A stretch of DNA of 64,000 nt from Sphagnum compactum (Eukaryota), in assembly GCA_965153455.1 (NCBI GenBank), contig OZ234494.1:8680001-8744000 (forward strand), given 5' to 3'. Each line of letters opens with the position of its first letter. Positions within the stretch are counted from its first letter, which is position 1. The notes beneath the pieces were generated by a model, which did not search any database, was not told the origin of the DNA, and worked only from the letters and a program-made list of their open reading frames with translations. Of the stretch, positions 1 through 12,358 are shown piece after piece. Both the position numbers and the translations under genes were made by a program.

Positions 1-643
1 TATCCTTGTTGGATCTATGGCTTAGTCACATATGCATTGAGAATGACTACAAGTTGTGGGATGGGGGAGGTCCAATTTGGTGCGTAATGTTGAAGAAAAA
101 ATGTTAAAGGCCATCCTAAAAGATAAGATGACTAGGCGGGTAGAAAGTCAAACATTTGAACTTGGGCCTGCACAATATTTTAACCAAATGCCATGACAAT
201 TTGAAGACAACTCTAAGATGATGCTGAAAAATGAATGCTCATGTATGCTCTCTGAAATGTTTTCATGAAGATGATTCATTCCTCTATTTGATAGTTGCTC
301 AATGGTGGGATGGAAACTTGAGCAACTAGAGGTAGAAGGTCATGAACCCACCTAAGGTGAGTTTGGAATGGAAGTGGACTTAAACTGTTGGCCCCTATAG
401 CCCCCAATAAAAATGGGTGGCCATTTTACAAAAATTTAGATGTGATGATTGGGGTGACAATCCCCCAATTCTTCAAATACGTTGTTGGGGAGATAACCTC
501 CGTAAAGACAAGACTTATCCCACCTTTGGAAATGGGAAAAAAGGCTTGTCGACAAACTAAGGGAGCGTCTGGACACTCCAAAGAACCTAGCCTTAAGAGT
601 TTCCTAAATATGCAAATGAAGGTCGAATAAAAAAAAGCTAGTT
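1..643 (-). pseudogene. Degenerate non-LTR retrotransposon RT (RLE/CRE-like), 3' part; continues at 21726-21950
   Basis: Manual minus-strand translation gives ...RQAFFPISKGGISLV...TTYLKNWGIV..., resembling the QAxLPxxxGGxGL post-RT motif, with a stop. Removing 644-21725 plus one TAGTT joins it in frame with FQHQLAFF from the right flank. Confidence 0.55.
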
Positions 644-1462
644 TGACGCTCTCCTAAGTCCCTTGTTGAACCCACTTGAGGGTCCAACTATATAGAGTTG
701 CGAAAAGTTGGGACTTGGGGGCCGCTCCCGACTTCCAACACTAAAGAGGGGTAGAGGGGCGTGCTAGAAGTCCCGGGATTAGACTAGGAAGAGGACAAGC
801 ATTTCACCTACTCAAATCTGCATCAAAACCAACCCCAAGTTGGTTAGAACCCATTCTGCACCCTTTTGGTGTTGGGACAAGCCACGGGCTAACTCGGATT
901 CACTTGACTCACCACGGCCCGGACTCGGGGGAAGCCACCACCTTCCCCCATATAGTATATTCTGCGTCTCACCGCGGAGGCTACATCCGAATGGCTCTTT
1001 TTCCCGGGACTCCCAAGTTGGAGTCCCGAAACTGTCTCGGGTTGGAGTCCCGAAACTTTGGGAGCTCGTATCTCCCGGCTTCGACCTCTGATTGGAGTGA
1101 GGTCTGAACCAAAGTTGTAGCCCTCTTTGAGAGCTTTCCAACGCCATGTCGCACTCCTTCAGGCGACGTCGGAAAAGGGTCAATTCCCGACTTTTAGTGG
1201 TCGGGAGTCAAACTACCAGTTTGACTCCCGGCCCTTCTTTTGCCCATAACTTGGGCTGCAGATGTCCAAATTGCCAATGCGAGGGCATTTTAGACATCTA
1301 CACTTCAAGACATTTTCATTGATATAAAGAACACATCAAGGCGAGGTGTTTTGACCCCCTGTAATTGCTTCTGAATTTTCGGGAGCCTCGGAGGACTCCA
1401 ACTTCCCACTTTTGGGAGTGTGGGCTTCACCCTCACACTTAGCCCAAAGTGGGGTTGCGACA
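644..1462 (-). repeat. 3' LTR of element A
   Basis: Direct repeat of 20907-21725 with roughly 25-30 substitutions by eye (~3%); adjacent PPT. Confidence 0.97.
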
Positions 1463-3499
1463 CTCTCCCCCACTAGAAGAAAAGGTCAATGTCCTCATTG
1501 ACACTTAGAATTTTCTCTTACAATTGCAATTGCCTTCATTTGGATCCTTGGCCATTTTTGCCGACTTTTGCGGCTTGGACCTTGTCTCAAGCTAACTTAG
1601 GCGTCCCCAAGTTTCCAACACTTTCTTGACAAGTCCAAGAGGGTCCTATAGAAAACCCTCTACCAACGCTTCGTCAAAAGAGGACTAAACTAGCCTAATT
1701 TGACGAAGCTCCTCATTTGGGAGGAACTTTTTCATTCTTCCCCTCATGAGGAACTTAAGTCAAGTCTACTTTTGACCTAAGCTACTTGACATGACTTTTT
1801 TCCCTATCTCGCGCCTTGGTCACAACAACCAAGCCTTAACAAAAAGGTTTGCTTATCAAGGTACGAGAAGCAACACTTGGGTCTTACCAAAACCCAAGTC
1901 CCAAAATACACGATTAAAGTACGCGAGCGGGGTCATGACTTCCCGTGTTGGCCGCCACTACCAACCAACCTTTTGGGATGCACTTAAAGCATGTGCATGT
2001 CCCCGCATTCCATATCGGATTCGGTCACCCAAGAAGCCTCTATTGCATGATATCCTTTCCACTTAACTAGGTATTCCCGCTCTCTTCCCCTAAGTTGCCT
2101 TGACTTGAGCACGGCCTCCACCTCAAACTCTGGTTCATTATGAACCAAGTCAGGTGGGGGCCTTGAGTTTTGCTCTCGATTAGGCCTCGAGGCATCAGGG
2201 GAGACCGGCTTCAAAAGAGAGACATGAAATGTGGGATGAACTTTAAAATTTTCCGGCAATTCTAACTTATAAGTGTCGGAAAGTTTCTTTTCCAACACTT
2301 TGAATGGGCCCGCATATGGGCCCAAGAACTTATGACTTAACCCTTCGGGCAACCGGAAGTTCTTGATGTTCAACCACACTTCATCCCCTTCTTGAAACTT
2401 CACCTCTCTCGGGACTTGTCCGCAAAATCCTTGTACCTTTTGTGCGCTTTTTCCAAATTGGCCTTGGCCAACTCCCACAAGCGCCGCCTTTCTTCATCAA
2501 GTTGTTGGACCATCGGCACTTCCTCACTTGCATCATTCGAGGTGTGTCCTTGTGCTGCCCAAGTCATGGGCACAATTGGTGACTTGCCCGTCACCATTTG
2601 GAATGGGGTGGACCCAGTTGCGGAGTGTGCCGAGTTGTTGTAATAAAACTCGGCTAACTCCAAATGGTCCACCCAAGTTCACCCTCTCGGTTTGTCCATC
2701 GGTTTGGGGGTGGAATGAAGTGCTCATCTTGAGTTCCGACCCCATTCGCTTCCACAAGGCCCACCAAAATTTACTTGTAAACTTCGGGTGTCGATCCGAC
2801 ACTATGTCCTTTGGAAGGCCATGATGCTTGAAAATGTGGGAGAAGAACAACCTTCCCGTCTCTTGAGCCGTGGCTTCATCCTTTGTGGGAATGAAGTGTG
2901 CCATTTTGCTAAATTGATCCACCACAACCATGATGGCATCAAACCCCTTTGAAGGGGGCAAACTTACCATGAAGTCCATTGACACACTTTCCCACGGCCC
3001 TTCGGGAATTGGCAAAGGTTGCAACAAACTCGCTTGCTTCTTGTTGAGGGTCCGGTTTTGTTGACAAGTTAAACAAGTCTTCACATACTCCTCCGCACAA
3101 TCCTTCAAGTTGGGCCAATAGTAGGACTTCTTTAGGAATGTTGTGGTGCGCTTTGCACCACCATGGCCCGCAAGCGGTCCATCATGACATTCCTTCAAAA
3201 GTAAGTCCCTTATCTTCCCTTCCGGCACATAGAGGCGATTTTGCTTGTACCATAATAATCCATTTCGCAAATGGAAGTGGGACTTGGCTCCATTTTGGAT
3301 GTTTTGCCTTACCTCCTTGGCAAAGGCATCCCGACGACTCGCTAGTCTAACTTCCTTTTGAAGTTCCGACTCTCCCACATACACCACTCTAAGTTGGTGT
3401 TTCCGGCTCAAGGCATCGGGGACTATGTTCTCCTTTCCCGGCTTGTGCCGGATGTCCACATTGAACAAGGCCAATGTGTCTTGCCACCTTACTTGTTTT

Positions 3500-4441
3500 T
3501 GTCGCGCTCCCAAGTTCCGAGTAGACCCACTTGAGGGTTTAGGTATATGGCAATGCGGAAGGAGTTGGAACTTGGAGCACGATCCCGACTTCCAGCACTA
3601 GAGGGGGGGGTAAGAGGGGCGTGCTAGAAGTCCCGGGAAAGACTAGGAAGAGTTGACAAGCTTTACTCACTCACACGGGCCTGCATGAAACCACACAAAG
3701 TGGTTAGAACTCATTTTGGGTCCTTTTGGTGTTGGGACAGCCACGGGTGAACTCGGACTCACTTTGACACACCACACCCCGGGCTCGGGAGTAAGCCACC
3801 ACCTTACTCCCTATAGTATACTCTGTGACTCGTCGTGGGGGTGGCATCCAAATGGCCTTTTTGTTCCGGGACTCCCGCGTGGGAGTCCCGAAATCGCGCA
3901 ACTTTGGACTCCCGCGACTTTGAAGCCTCATAACTTTCGGAGCAGACCTCTGATTGAGTTGTCGTCTGAAGCAAAGTTGTAGGTCTCGTCAAGACCTTTC
4001 CAACGGTATGTCGCACGTTTTCTGCAGCCAAGTATTTCGGGTCGATTCCCAACTTTTAGTGGTCGGGAGTCAAAACTGGCGGACTCCCGGGAGTTCGACT
4101 CCCGGGCCTTCTTTTGGCCATAACTCGTGTTTCAGATGTCCAAATGAGCAATGCGAGCCCATTTTAGACATCTACACTTCAAGAGATTTCCATTGATATA
4201 AAGAGCGTAATAAGCCATTGAGTTTTGACCCCTCAAAATGCTCTCTGAAGTTTCGGGAGTCCTTTTGGGACTCCACTCTCACCAACTCCCAACATGGGAG
4301 TTCACTTGGGAGTGTGAGGGTTCACTCCCTCACACTCTTTGCACTCCCGGGAGCATGTGATATGACTCCCGGGTCTACTTATAGGCTCGCACACTTGCGA
4401 CCCCCTTGCCTTGGTCGCGAGCCAAGGCTAGGGTTGCGACA
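3500..4441 (-). mobile_element. Solo LTR (element B) of a related chromovirus family
   Basis: TGTCGC...GCGACA termini; TSD GTTTT at 3495-3499 and 4442-4446; no PBS, PPT or internal sequence; similar to element C LTRs; splits the RNase H region of A. Confidence 0.93.
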
Positions 4442-4959
4442 GTTTTGATGACATTGGGTTGAGTGGAGAAGTACTTCAAGGTCACATTGTCGGTCCAAAC
4501 CACCACATCTTTGGAGCCTATGTAGTGGCCCCAAGTCTTGAGACAATGTATGACCGCCCACATTTCCTTCTCGTGTGTTGGCCACCTTCTCTCCGTCTCA
4601 CTCAACTTCTTGCTTTCAAAGGCCACTGGTCTTCCATCTTGCACTATGACACCTCCAATTGCAAAGTCGGAGGCGTCGGAATGGATTTCAAAGTCTTTGT
4701 CAAAGTCGAACAACTTCAACACCGGCGCCTTCACCAAAATGCCTTTCAATGTTTCAAAGGCTTTGTCGCATGCTTCATCCCAATCATAAGTGACGGCGAA
4801 CTTCTTCAAGAGGTTTGTCAAAGGGGCCGCTATTCTCGTAAAGTTCTTTATGAACTTGCAATAATAGGAGGCCAATCCCAAAAAGGATTTCAAGGCGGGA
4901 ACCGATTTAGGCGGTTCCCAATCCAATATTGCCTTGACCTTATGATCATCCATCATCAA

Positions 4960-5995
4960 TGACGCACTCCCAAGTTCCTAGTGGACCCACTTGAGGGTCC
5001 AAGTATGTGGCAATGCGGAAGGAGTTGGAACTTGGAGCACGCTCCCGACTTCTAGCACTAGAGGGGGGGGTGAGAGGGGTGTGCTAGAAGTCCCGGGATA
5101 GACTAGGAAGAATTGACAAGCTTATTCACTCACACGGGCCTGCACACAACCCACACAAAGTGGTTAGTGCATAGTTGGAGCACCTTTGGTGCTAGGACGA
5201 GCCACGGGCAACACGGACACACAAGACTCACCACGGCCCGGACTTGGGGGAAGCCACCACCTTCCCCCTTATAGTATACTCTGCAGCTCTCCACGGAGGC
5301 TACATCCAAATGGCTATTTTTCCCGGGACTCCCGCGTGGGAGTCCCGAAATCGCGCCAAATGCGACTCCCGCGACTTTGGAGCCCCATAACTTTGCGAGC
5401 AGACCTCGGATCGCGATGCGGTCTGAAGCAAAGTTGTAGCTCTCGTCGAGAGCTTTCCAACGATATGTGGCACGTCCTCTGCAGCCTAGTATTTCGGGTC
5501 GATTCCCGACTTTTAGTGGTCGGGAGTCAAAACTGGCAGACTCCCGGGAATTCGACTCCCGATCCTTCTTTTGGCCATAACTTGTGTTTCAGATGTCCAA
5601 ATGAGCTATGCGAGCCCATTTTAGATATCTACGCATCAAGAGCTTTCCAATGATATAAAGAACGCCACAAGACATTGAGGTTTGACACCTGCAATTGCTC
5701 TCTGAAGTTTCGGGAGTCCACCGGGACTCCATCTCCCCAAAGTGGGAGTTGCCTTGGGAGTGTGAGTGTTCACTCCCTCACACTCCCTCACACTTTCTTA
5801 CACTCCCGGGAGTGTGATGTGACTCCCGGGCTTTCTCTTGCCTTGGCTCCCGGGCTTCCTCTTGGTTTAACTCCCGAGCAACCTCTTGGTTTAACTCCCG
5901 AGCAACCTCTTGGTTTAACTCCCGGGTTTCCTCTTGACCCGCAACCTTATAACCCCTTTGCCTTTGGTCCCGGGCCCAAAGCTAGGGTTGCGACA
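4960..5995 (-). repeat. 3' LTR of element C, including three 24-bp tandem repeats near 5858-5930
   Basis: Matches 11323-12358; CCTCTTGGTTTAACTCCCG repeated. Confidence 0.97.
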
Positions 5996-6782
5996 CTCTC
6001 CCCCACTAGAAGGAGAGGTCAATGTCCTCATTGACACTTAGAATTTCTTTCAACAATTACAATTGCTTTCTTTTGGATCCTTGGCCATCAAATGCCGACT
6101 CCTTGCGGCCGGACCTTGCCTCAAGCTAACTTAGGCGTCCCCAAGCTTCCAACACTCTCTTGGCAAGTCCAAGGGTGTCTCAATAGAAACCCTCCATCGC
6201 TTCGTCAAAAGACCTAACTAGCCTAATTGACGAAGCCCTCATTTGGGAGGCCATTCTTTCAACCTTCCCCTCATGAGGAACTCAAGCCAAGCCTAATCTT
6301 GACCTAAGCTACTTGACATGACTCCTTTCGCAATCTTGCGCCTTGATCACAACAATCAAGCCTTTCCTAAAGGTATGCTTATCAAGGTACGAGAAGCGAC
6401 GTTTAGGCTTTGCAAAAGCCTAAGTCCCAAGATACGCGATTATAGTACACGAACGGGGTCATGACTTCCCGCGTTGGCCGCCACTACCAACCAACCCCTT
6501 GGGATGCACTTTGGGCATGTGCACGTCCCCGCAAGCTCACCTTGCTTGCCTCCTCTTTTCGGACCAAGATTTCTCCTAGCCCCCAAGTAGGAGTCCGATT
6601 TTGATTTGGGCTTACGCAAGAAAGTTCCATTTGTCCATGCCACTTGACAACGCCCCCTTTTCTAACATATTATTATGTTTGTGATGCAATCTCTCGGAAG
6701 TCTTTAGCCTTTATTTCACTTACAACTTGATTTGGTACATTTGTGTAACTTTCCGCCCCCTAAAAGAAAGGTGATGTCCTCA

Positions 6783-9700
6783 TCACGCTCTATGTTTCCT
6801 TTGCCTTTTAGCCGGTCTATTGTGGAATTCTTCTATGGCTTCTTGGGCATGTTCCATGTCGGACTCATTCACCCAAGATGCCTCTATTGGATGGTATCCT
6901 TTCCACTTGACCAAGTACTCCCGCTCTTGCCCCTTTAGTTGCCTTGACTTGAGCACGGCCTCCACTTCAAATTCCGGTTCATTATGAACCAAATCCGGAG
7001 GGGGCCTTGAGTTGTGCTCTCGATCGGGCCTTGAGGCATCACGGACGACCGGCTTCAAAAGCGAAACATGAAATATGGGATGAACCTTGAGATTTTCCGG
7101 TAGTTCTAACTTGTAAGTGTCGGGAAATTTCTTTTCCAACACTTTGAATGGACCCGCATATGGGCCCAAGAACTTATGGCTCAATCCTTCGGGCAACCGG
7201 AAGTTCTTGATGTTCAACCATACTTCATCCCCTTCTTCAAAATTCACCTCTCGACGGGACTTGTCCGCAAAACTCTTGTACCTTTTATGCGCCTTCTCAA
7301 GATTGGCCTTGGCCATCTCCCACAAGCGTCGCCTTTCTTCATCAAGTTGTGTGACCATGGGCACTTCCTCACTTGCATCACTTGGGGGTTGCCCAACCCA
7401 AGTTGTGGGCACAATTGGTGACTTGCCCGTCACCATTTGAAATGGGGTGGCCCCCGTTGCCGAATGCTCCGAATTGTTGTAACAAAATTCGGCCAACTCC
7501 AAATGGTCCACCCAATCTTGTTGATCCGCTGCCACATAATTCCTTAGGAATTGTTGGATCACCAAGTTCACCCTCTCGGTTTGTCCATCCGTTTGAGGCC
7601 GAAAGGAAGTGCTCATCTTGAGCTCGGACCCCATGCGCTTCCACAAGGCTCTCCAAAACTTGCTTGTGAACTTGGGGTCTCGGTCCGACACAATGTCCTT
7701 TGGGAGGCCATGATGCTTGAACACGTGGGTGAAGAACAACCTTCCCGTCTCTTGGGCCGTGGCACTATCCTTGGTAGGAATGAAATGTGCCATCTTGCTA
7801 AACCGATCCACCACCACCATGATCGCATCAAACCCCTTTGATGGTGGCAAACTCACCATGAAATCCATGGAGACACTTTCCCACGGCCCTTCCGGAATGG
7901 GTAACGGTCGCAACAATCCCGCTTGCTTTTTATTGAGTGCCCGGTTTTGTTGGCAAGTCAAGCAAGTCTTCATGTATTCCTCCGCATCCTCCTTCAAGTT
8001 GGGCCAATAATAGGACTTCTTGAGGAATGTGGTGGTGCGCTTTGCACCACCGTGACCCGCAAGGGGCCCATCATGGCATTCCTTCAAAAGCACATCTCTT
8101 AGCCTCCCTTTTGGAACATAGAGCCGACTTTGCTTATACCACAAAAGTCCATCTCGCAAGTGGAAGTGGGACTTGATCCCCTTTTGAATGTCTTGCTTCC
8201 TTTCCTTGGCAAATTCATCCCGACGGCTCCCAAGTCGAACATCCTTTTGGAACTTTGTTTCTCCCACATACACCACTTTGAGTTGGTGTTTCCGACTCAA
8301 TGCGTCCGGCACCACATTTTCCTTCCCGGGCTTATGCCGAATGTCCACATTGAACAAAGCCAATGTGTCTTGCCATCTCACTTGTTTTGATGACAACTTT
8401 GGTTGAGTTGCGAAGTACTTCAAGGTGACATTGTCGGTCCACACCACCACATCTTTGGAACCTATGTAATGGCCCCAAGTCTTGAGACAATGTATCACGG
8501 CCCACATTTCCTTTTCATGGGTTGGCCACCTTCGCTCCGTCTCATTCAACTTCTTGCTTTCGAAGGCCACCGGCCTTCCATCTTGCACTAGGACTCCTCC
8601 TATGGCAAAGTCGGACGCATCGGAATGGATCTCAAAGTCCTTGTCAAAATCGGGCAACTTCAACACGGGCGCCTTCACCAAAATGCCTTTCAAAGTCTCA
8701 AAGGCCTCATTGCATGCCTCCTCCCATTCATAAGTCCCGGATGACTTCTTCAAAAGGTTTGTCAAAGGTGTGGCTATCTTTGCAAAGTTCTTGATGAACT
8801 TGCGATAATAAGAAGCCAATCCCAAAAAGGACCTTAAGGCGGGAACGGACTTAGGTGGTTCCCAATCCAAGATTGCTTTCACCTTGTGGTCATCCATTTT
8901 CAAACCTTCTTGGGTGATCCTATGCCCAAGGAAGTCCACCTCCGAGACTCCAAACTCACACTTCTCGAACTTGGCATACAACTTGTTTTCTTTTAACCTT
9001 TGGAACACCTTACGAAGGTGCTCCGCATGCTCCTCCAAGGAGCTACTATAGATCAAAATGTCGTCTATGTAGACGACCACAAAATCATCAAGCCACTCTC
9101 GGAAAATGTCATTCATGAGGGTGCAAAATGTGGCGGGTGCATTGGTGAGCCCAAATGGCATCACCAAGAATTCATATGAACCATACCTTGTGCGGCAAGC
9201 GGTTTTCTCTTCATCCCCTTGTGCAATTCGAATTTGGTAGTATCCCGAACGTAGGTCAATCCTACTAAACACTTTGGCTCCCGAAAGCCGATCAAACAAG
9301 TCATCAATCCGAGGCAATGGGTACCGATTCTTCACCGTCACCTTGTTGAGGGCTCTATAATCTACGCACATCCTCAAAGTCCCATCCTTCTTGTGAGCAA
9401 AAAGGACGGGCGCCCCATATGGTGACTTGCTAGGCTTGATGTATCCCTTTGCAAGGAGTTCTTCGAGTTGAACCTTGAGCTCTTTTAACTCTTCATGACT
9501 CATTCGATACGGGGCCTTAGCGGGAGGTGCCACTCCCGGGACCACCTCAATGGCATGGTCCACTTGTCTTCTCGGGGGCAACTCGTCGGGCAACTCTTCG
9601 GGCATCACATCCGGGAATTCCTCTAACACTTGCTTGATGCACTTGTGGGGGCTCACCACCTTGGTGGCCTCCTTTGGTTCAAACTCATCCAACACCCGCA

Positions 9701-11273
9701 TCACACATAACATGCCGTAGCCTCCCCCACATTCTTTTTCCAAGTTCTTTCCCAACATCAAGTGGATGGTGGTCTCACCCACACTAGGCACTTCATGTGC
9801 CTTCACCCGCACAATCCCACTCTTGGATGGGATCCTAACTAGCCTATTGTGCCCTTCTATGAGCACATTGTTTTGTGTGATGAATTCCATTCCCAAAATG
9901 CAATCCATGCCCCCTAAGGTGGAGACTAACAAATCCACCTTGCCTCTCCAATTCCCCAATTGGAGCGGCACATCTCTTGCTTGCAACTTGGTGGGATGGG
10001 GAATCCCATCCGCAAAATGCACCTCTATGGGTGCCTTGAGCTCCTCCAACCGGAGCTCCATTCTTTGGGCACTTTCTTGGGTTATGAAGTTGTGGGAAGC
10101 GCCTGTGTCCAAAAGACATAAAACTTCCCGCTTAGAAACTTTCCCTTTTAAGAAAATAAGGCGGTTACATTCACCTTCGGCTAGGTGGGAGGTGAGGGCA
10201 ATTACCTTAGAAGCCCCACTCCCCGGTTTGGGTTTGGGGCAATCTTTGGAGTAATGGCCCACTTCATTACAATTGAAACATGTTCCCTTAGGTTTGCCAC
10301 TAACATCTCCTTTGGGTTGGCTCCCTTTGAAAGGAGCCCCTTTCTTCACAAAATTTCCCTTGGGTTTCAAACCCGAGCCTTGGAATTGTTTAGGTTTTTC
10401 CCCTTTTGAGGTGTCTTGGCCTCGGTTCCATTCCCCTTCATGGCGTGCCTTCTTATGAGGGAACTTGTTATCCCTTTTGAATCCGGACTTCTCACCACGC
10501 CCAACATCCGAAAAGCCTTCCACTTTCATGATGGCTTCGGTTAGTGAGGTGGGCCAATTCTCCTCAAGCTTGCGTTTGGCCCAAGTGGGAAGTCCCATCA
10601 CAAAGTGGCACACCCGGTCTAACTCATGCATATGTCGAATCTCAAGCATGAGTTCGGAGTAAGCCCTCACATATTGGCGCAAGTTGTCATTGCTCCCATT
10701 CTCAAGGTCACGGAGTTTGCATCTTGAAATGTAGTCGGAATTCTTGGGAATGAATTCCAACTCAATACGCTCCTTGAAGAATTCCCATGTGTAGCCATGG
10801 GTCTTCCCTTCTTCTTGCCTCACCGTCCTCCACCATGTGGAGGCATAGCCCTTCAAATAGGATTGGGCAAGTTCCACGGCCGAATGCCGACCAACCTTGG
10901 CGGCATGAAGGTAGTCCTCCATTTCCGCAAGCCAAGCATCCACAACCTTCCGATCCCGGGCCCCATCAAAGTTCCCGGGCCTAGCGGGCTTGAACCCCAC
11001 ACTTTTGGATGAGCCTCCCTTGAGGGCCTCAACCAATTCACTAAAATCGGGCCTATTCATTTTGAGTAAGACCTCCAATTGTTCCGGGGTGAAGAGCACC
11101 GCATTAGGTTGCTCCTCTTCATTTTCATGCTCCTCAAGGCTAACACGGTCTTCTTCATCTTCGGAATGGTTTTGTTCCTCCTCCCTCATAGCTTCGGGAG
11201 GAACATCTAGGTCTTGGGTGGGTTCTTCCACCACGGGCTCTTGGACTAGCTTGCGGGTCTTCCTTGGTGCCAT
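6783..11273 (-). CDS. Gag-Pol polyprotein, 1496 aa: gag, zinc knuckle, aspartic protease, RT, RNase H, integrase, chromodomain
   Basis: [32 protein letters not shown]; integrase [25 protein letters not shown]-terminal FEVEAVL...YLVKWKGY...SW chromodomain. Confidence 0.98.
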   Translation of the reverse strand: MAPRKTRKLVQEPVVEEPTQDLDVPPEAMREEEQNHSEDEEDRVSLEEHENEEEQPNAVLFTPEQLEVLLKMNRPDFSELVEALKGGSSKSVGFKPARPGNFDGARDRKVVDAWLAEMEDYLHAAKVGRHSAVELAQSYLKGYASTWWRTVRQEEGKTHGYTWEFFKERIELEFIPKNSDYISRCKLRDLENGSNDNLRQYVRAYSELMLEIRHMHELDRVCHFVMGLPTWAKRKLEENWPTSLTEAIMKVEGFSDVGRGEKSGFKRDNKFPHKKARHEGEWNRGQDTSKGEKPKQFQGSGLKPKGNFVKKGAPFKGSQPKGDVSGKPKGTCFNCNEVGHYSKDCPKPKPGSGASKVIALTSHLAEGECNRLIFLKGKVSKREVLCLLDTGASHNFITQESAQRMELRLEELKAPIEVHFADGIPHPTKLQARDVPLQLGNWRGKVDLLVSTLGGMDCILGMEFITQNNVLIEGHNRLVRIPSKSGIVRVKAHEVPSVGETTIHLMLGKNLEKECGGGYGMLCVMRVLDEFEPKEATKVVSPHKCIKQVLEEFPDVMPEELPDELPPRRQVDHAIEVVPGVAPPAKAPYRMSHEELKELKVQLEELLAKGYIKPSKSPYGAPVLFAHKKDGTLRMCVDYRALNKVTVKNRYPLPRIDDLFDRLSGAKVFSRIDLRSGYYQIRIAQGDEEKTACRTRYGSYEFLVMPFGLTNAPATFCTLMNDIFREWLDDFVVVYIDDILIYSSSLEEHAEHLRKVFQRLKENKLYAKFEKCEFGVSEVDFLGHRITQEGLKMDDHKVKAILDWEPPKSVPALRSFLGLASYYRKFIKNFAKIATPLTNLLKKSSGTYEWEEACNEAFETLKGILVKAPVLKLPDFDKDFEIHSDASDFAIGGVLVQDGRPVAFESKKLNETERRWPTHEKEMWAVIHCLKTWGHYIGSKDVVVWTDNVTLKYFATQPKLSSKQVRWQDTLALFNVDIRHKPGKENVVPDALSRKHQLKVVYVGETKFQKDVRLGSRRDEFAKERKQDIQKGIKSHFHLRDGLLWYKQSRLYVPKGRLRDVLLKECHDGPLAGHGGAKRTTTFLKKSYYWPNLKEDAEEYMKTCLTCQQNRALNKKQAGLLRPLPIPEGPWESVSMDFMVSLPPSKGFDAIMVVVDRFSKMAHFIPTKDSATAQETGRLFFTHVFKHHGLPKDIVSDRDPKFTSKFWRALWKRMGSELKMSTSFRPQTDGQTERVNLVIQQFLRNYVAADQQDWVDHLELAEFCYNNSEHSATGATPFQMVTGKSPIVPTTWVGQPPSDASEEVPMVTQLDEERRRLWEMAKANLEKAHKRYKSFADKSRREVNFEEGDEVWLNIKNFRLPEGLSHKFLGPYAGPFKVLEKKFPDTYKLELPENLKVHPIFHVSLLKPVVRDASRPDREHNSRPPPDLVHNEPEFEVEAVLKSRQLKGQEREYLVKWKGYHPIEASWVNESDMEHAQEAIEEFHNRPAKRQRKHRA

Positions 11274-11322
11274 CGGAACTCCCCAATAAGTGGATCGAGC
11301 TCACCGGAGCTCTGATACCAAG

Positions 11323-12358
11323 TGACGCACTCCCAAGTTCCTAGTGGACCCACTTGAGGGTCCAAATATGTGGCAATGCGGAAGGAGTTGGAACTTGGAG
11401 CACGCTCCCGACTTCTAGCACTAGAGGGGGGGGTGAGAGGGGTGTGCTAGAAGTCCCGGGATAGACTAGGAAGAATTGACAAGCTTATTCACTCACACGG
11501 GCCTGCACACAACCCACACAAAGTGGTTAGTGCATAGTTGGAGCACCTTTGGTGCTAGGACGAGCCACGGGCAACACGGACACACAAGACTCACCACGGC
11601 CCGGACTTGGGGGAAGCCACCACCTTCCCCCTTATAGTATACTCTGCAGCTCTCCACGGAGGCTACATCCAAATGGCTATTTTTCCCGGGACTCCCGCGT
11701 GGGAGTCCCGAAATCGCGCCAAATGCGACTCCCGCGACTTTGGAGCCCCATAACTTTGCGAGCAGACCTCGGATCGCGATGCGGTCTGAAGCAAAGTTGT
11801 AGCTCTCGTCGAGAGCTTTCCAACGATATGTGGCACGTCCTCTGCAGCCTAGTATTTCGGGTCGATTCCCGACTTTTAGTGGTCGGGAGTCAAAACTGGC
11901 AGACTCCCGGGAATTCGACTCCCGATCCTTCTTTTGGCCATAACTTGTGTTTCAGATGTCCAAATGAGCTATGCGAGCCCATTTTAGATATCTACGCATC
12001 AAGAGCTTTCCAATGATATAAAGAACGCCACAAGACATTGAGGTTTGACACCTGCAATTGCTCTCTGAAGTTTCGGGAGTCCACCGGGACTCCATCTCCC
12101 CAAAGTGGGAGTTGCCTTGGGAGTGTGAGTGTTCACTCCCTCACACTCCCTCACACTTTCTTACACTCCCGGGAGTGTGATGTGACTCCCGGGCTTTCTC
12201 TTGCCTTGGCTCCCGGGCTTCCTCTTGGTTTAACTCCCGAGCAACCTCTTGGTTTAACTCCCGAGCAACCTCTTGGTTTAACTCCCGGGTTTCCTCTTGA
12301 CCCGCAACCTTATAACCCCTTTGCCTTTGGTCCCGGGCCCAAAGCTAGGGTTGCGACA
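11323..12358 (-). repeat. 5' LTR of element C
   Basis: Adjacent to the PBS; matches 4960-5995. Confidence 0.97.

Larger units (their letters stand above)
4960..12358 (-). mobile_element. Intact full-length Ty3/Gypsy chromovirus (element C), Galadriel-like
   Basis: 1036-bp LTRs 4960-5995 and 11323-12358, nearly identical; TSD ATCAA at 4955-4959 and 12359-12363; iMet PBS 11309-11320; PPT 5996-6007; single uninterrupted ORF. Clade call rests on the RT motif FCTLMN, the Met PBS and a classical chromodomain. Confidence 0.97.

Noticed and set aside
5186-6034. 155-aa and 119-aa + strand ORFs (repeated at 11549-12373; relatives at 840-1091 and 3716-4196)
   Set aside because: They lie inside GC-rich LTRs, use non-ATG starts and are broken differently in each LTR family.
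7117-11289. Many + strand ORFs over gag-pol
   Set aside because: Antisense shadows of the retrotransposon ORF.
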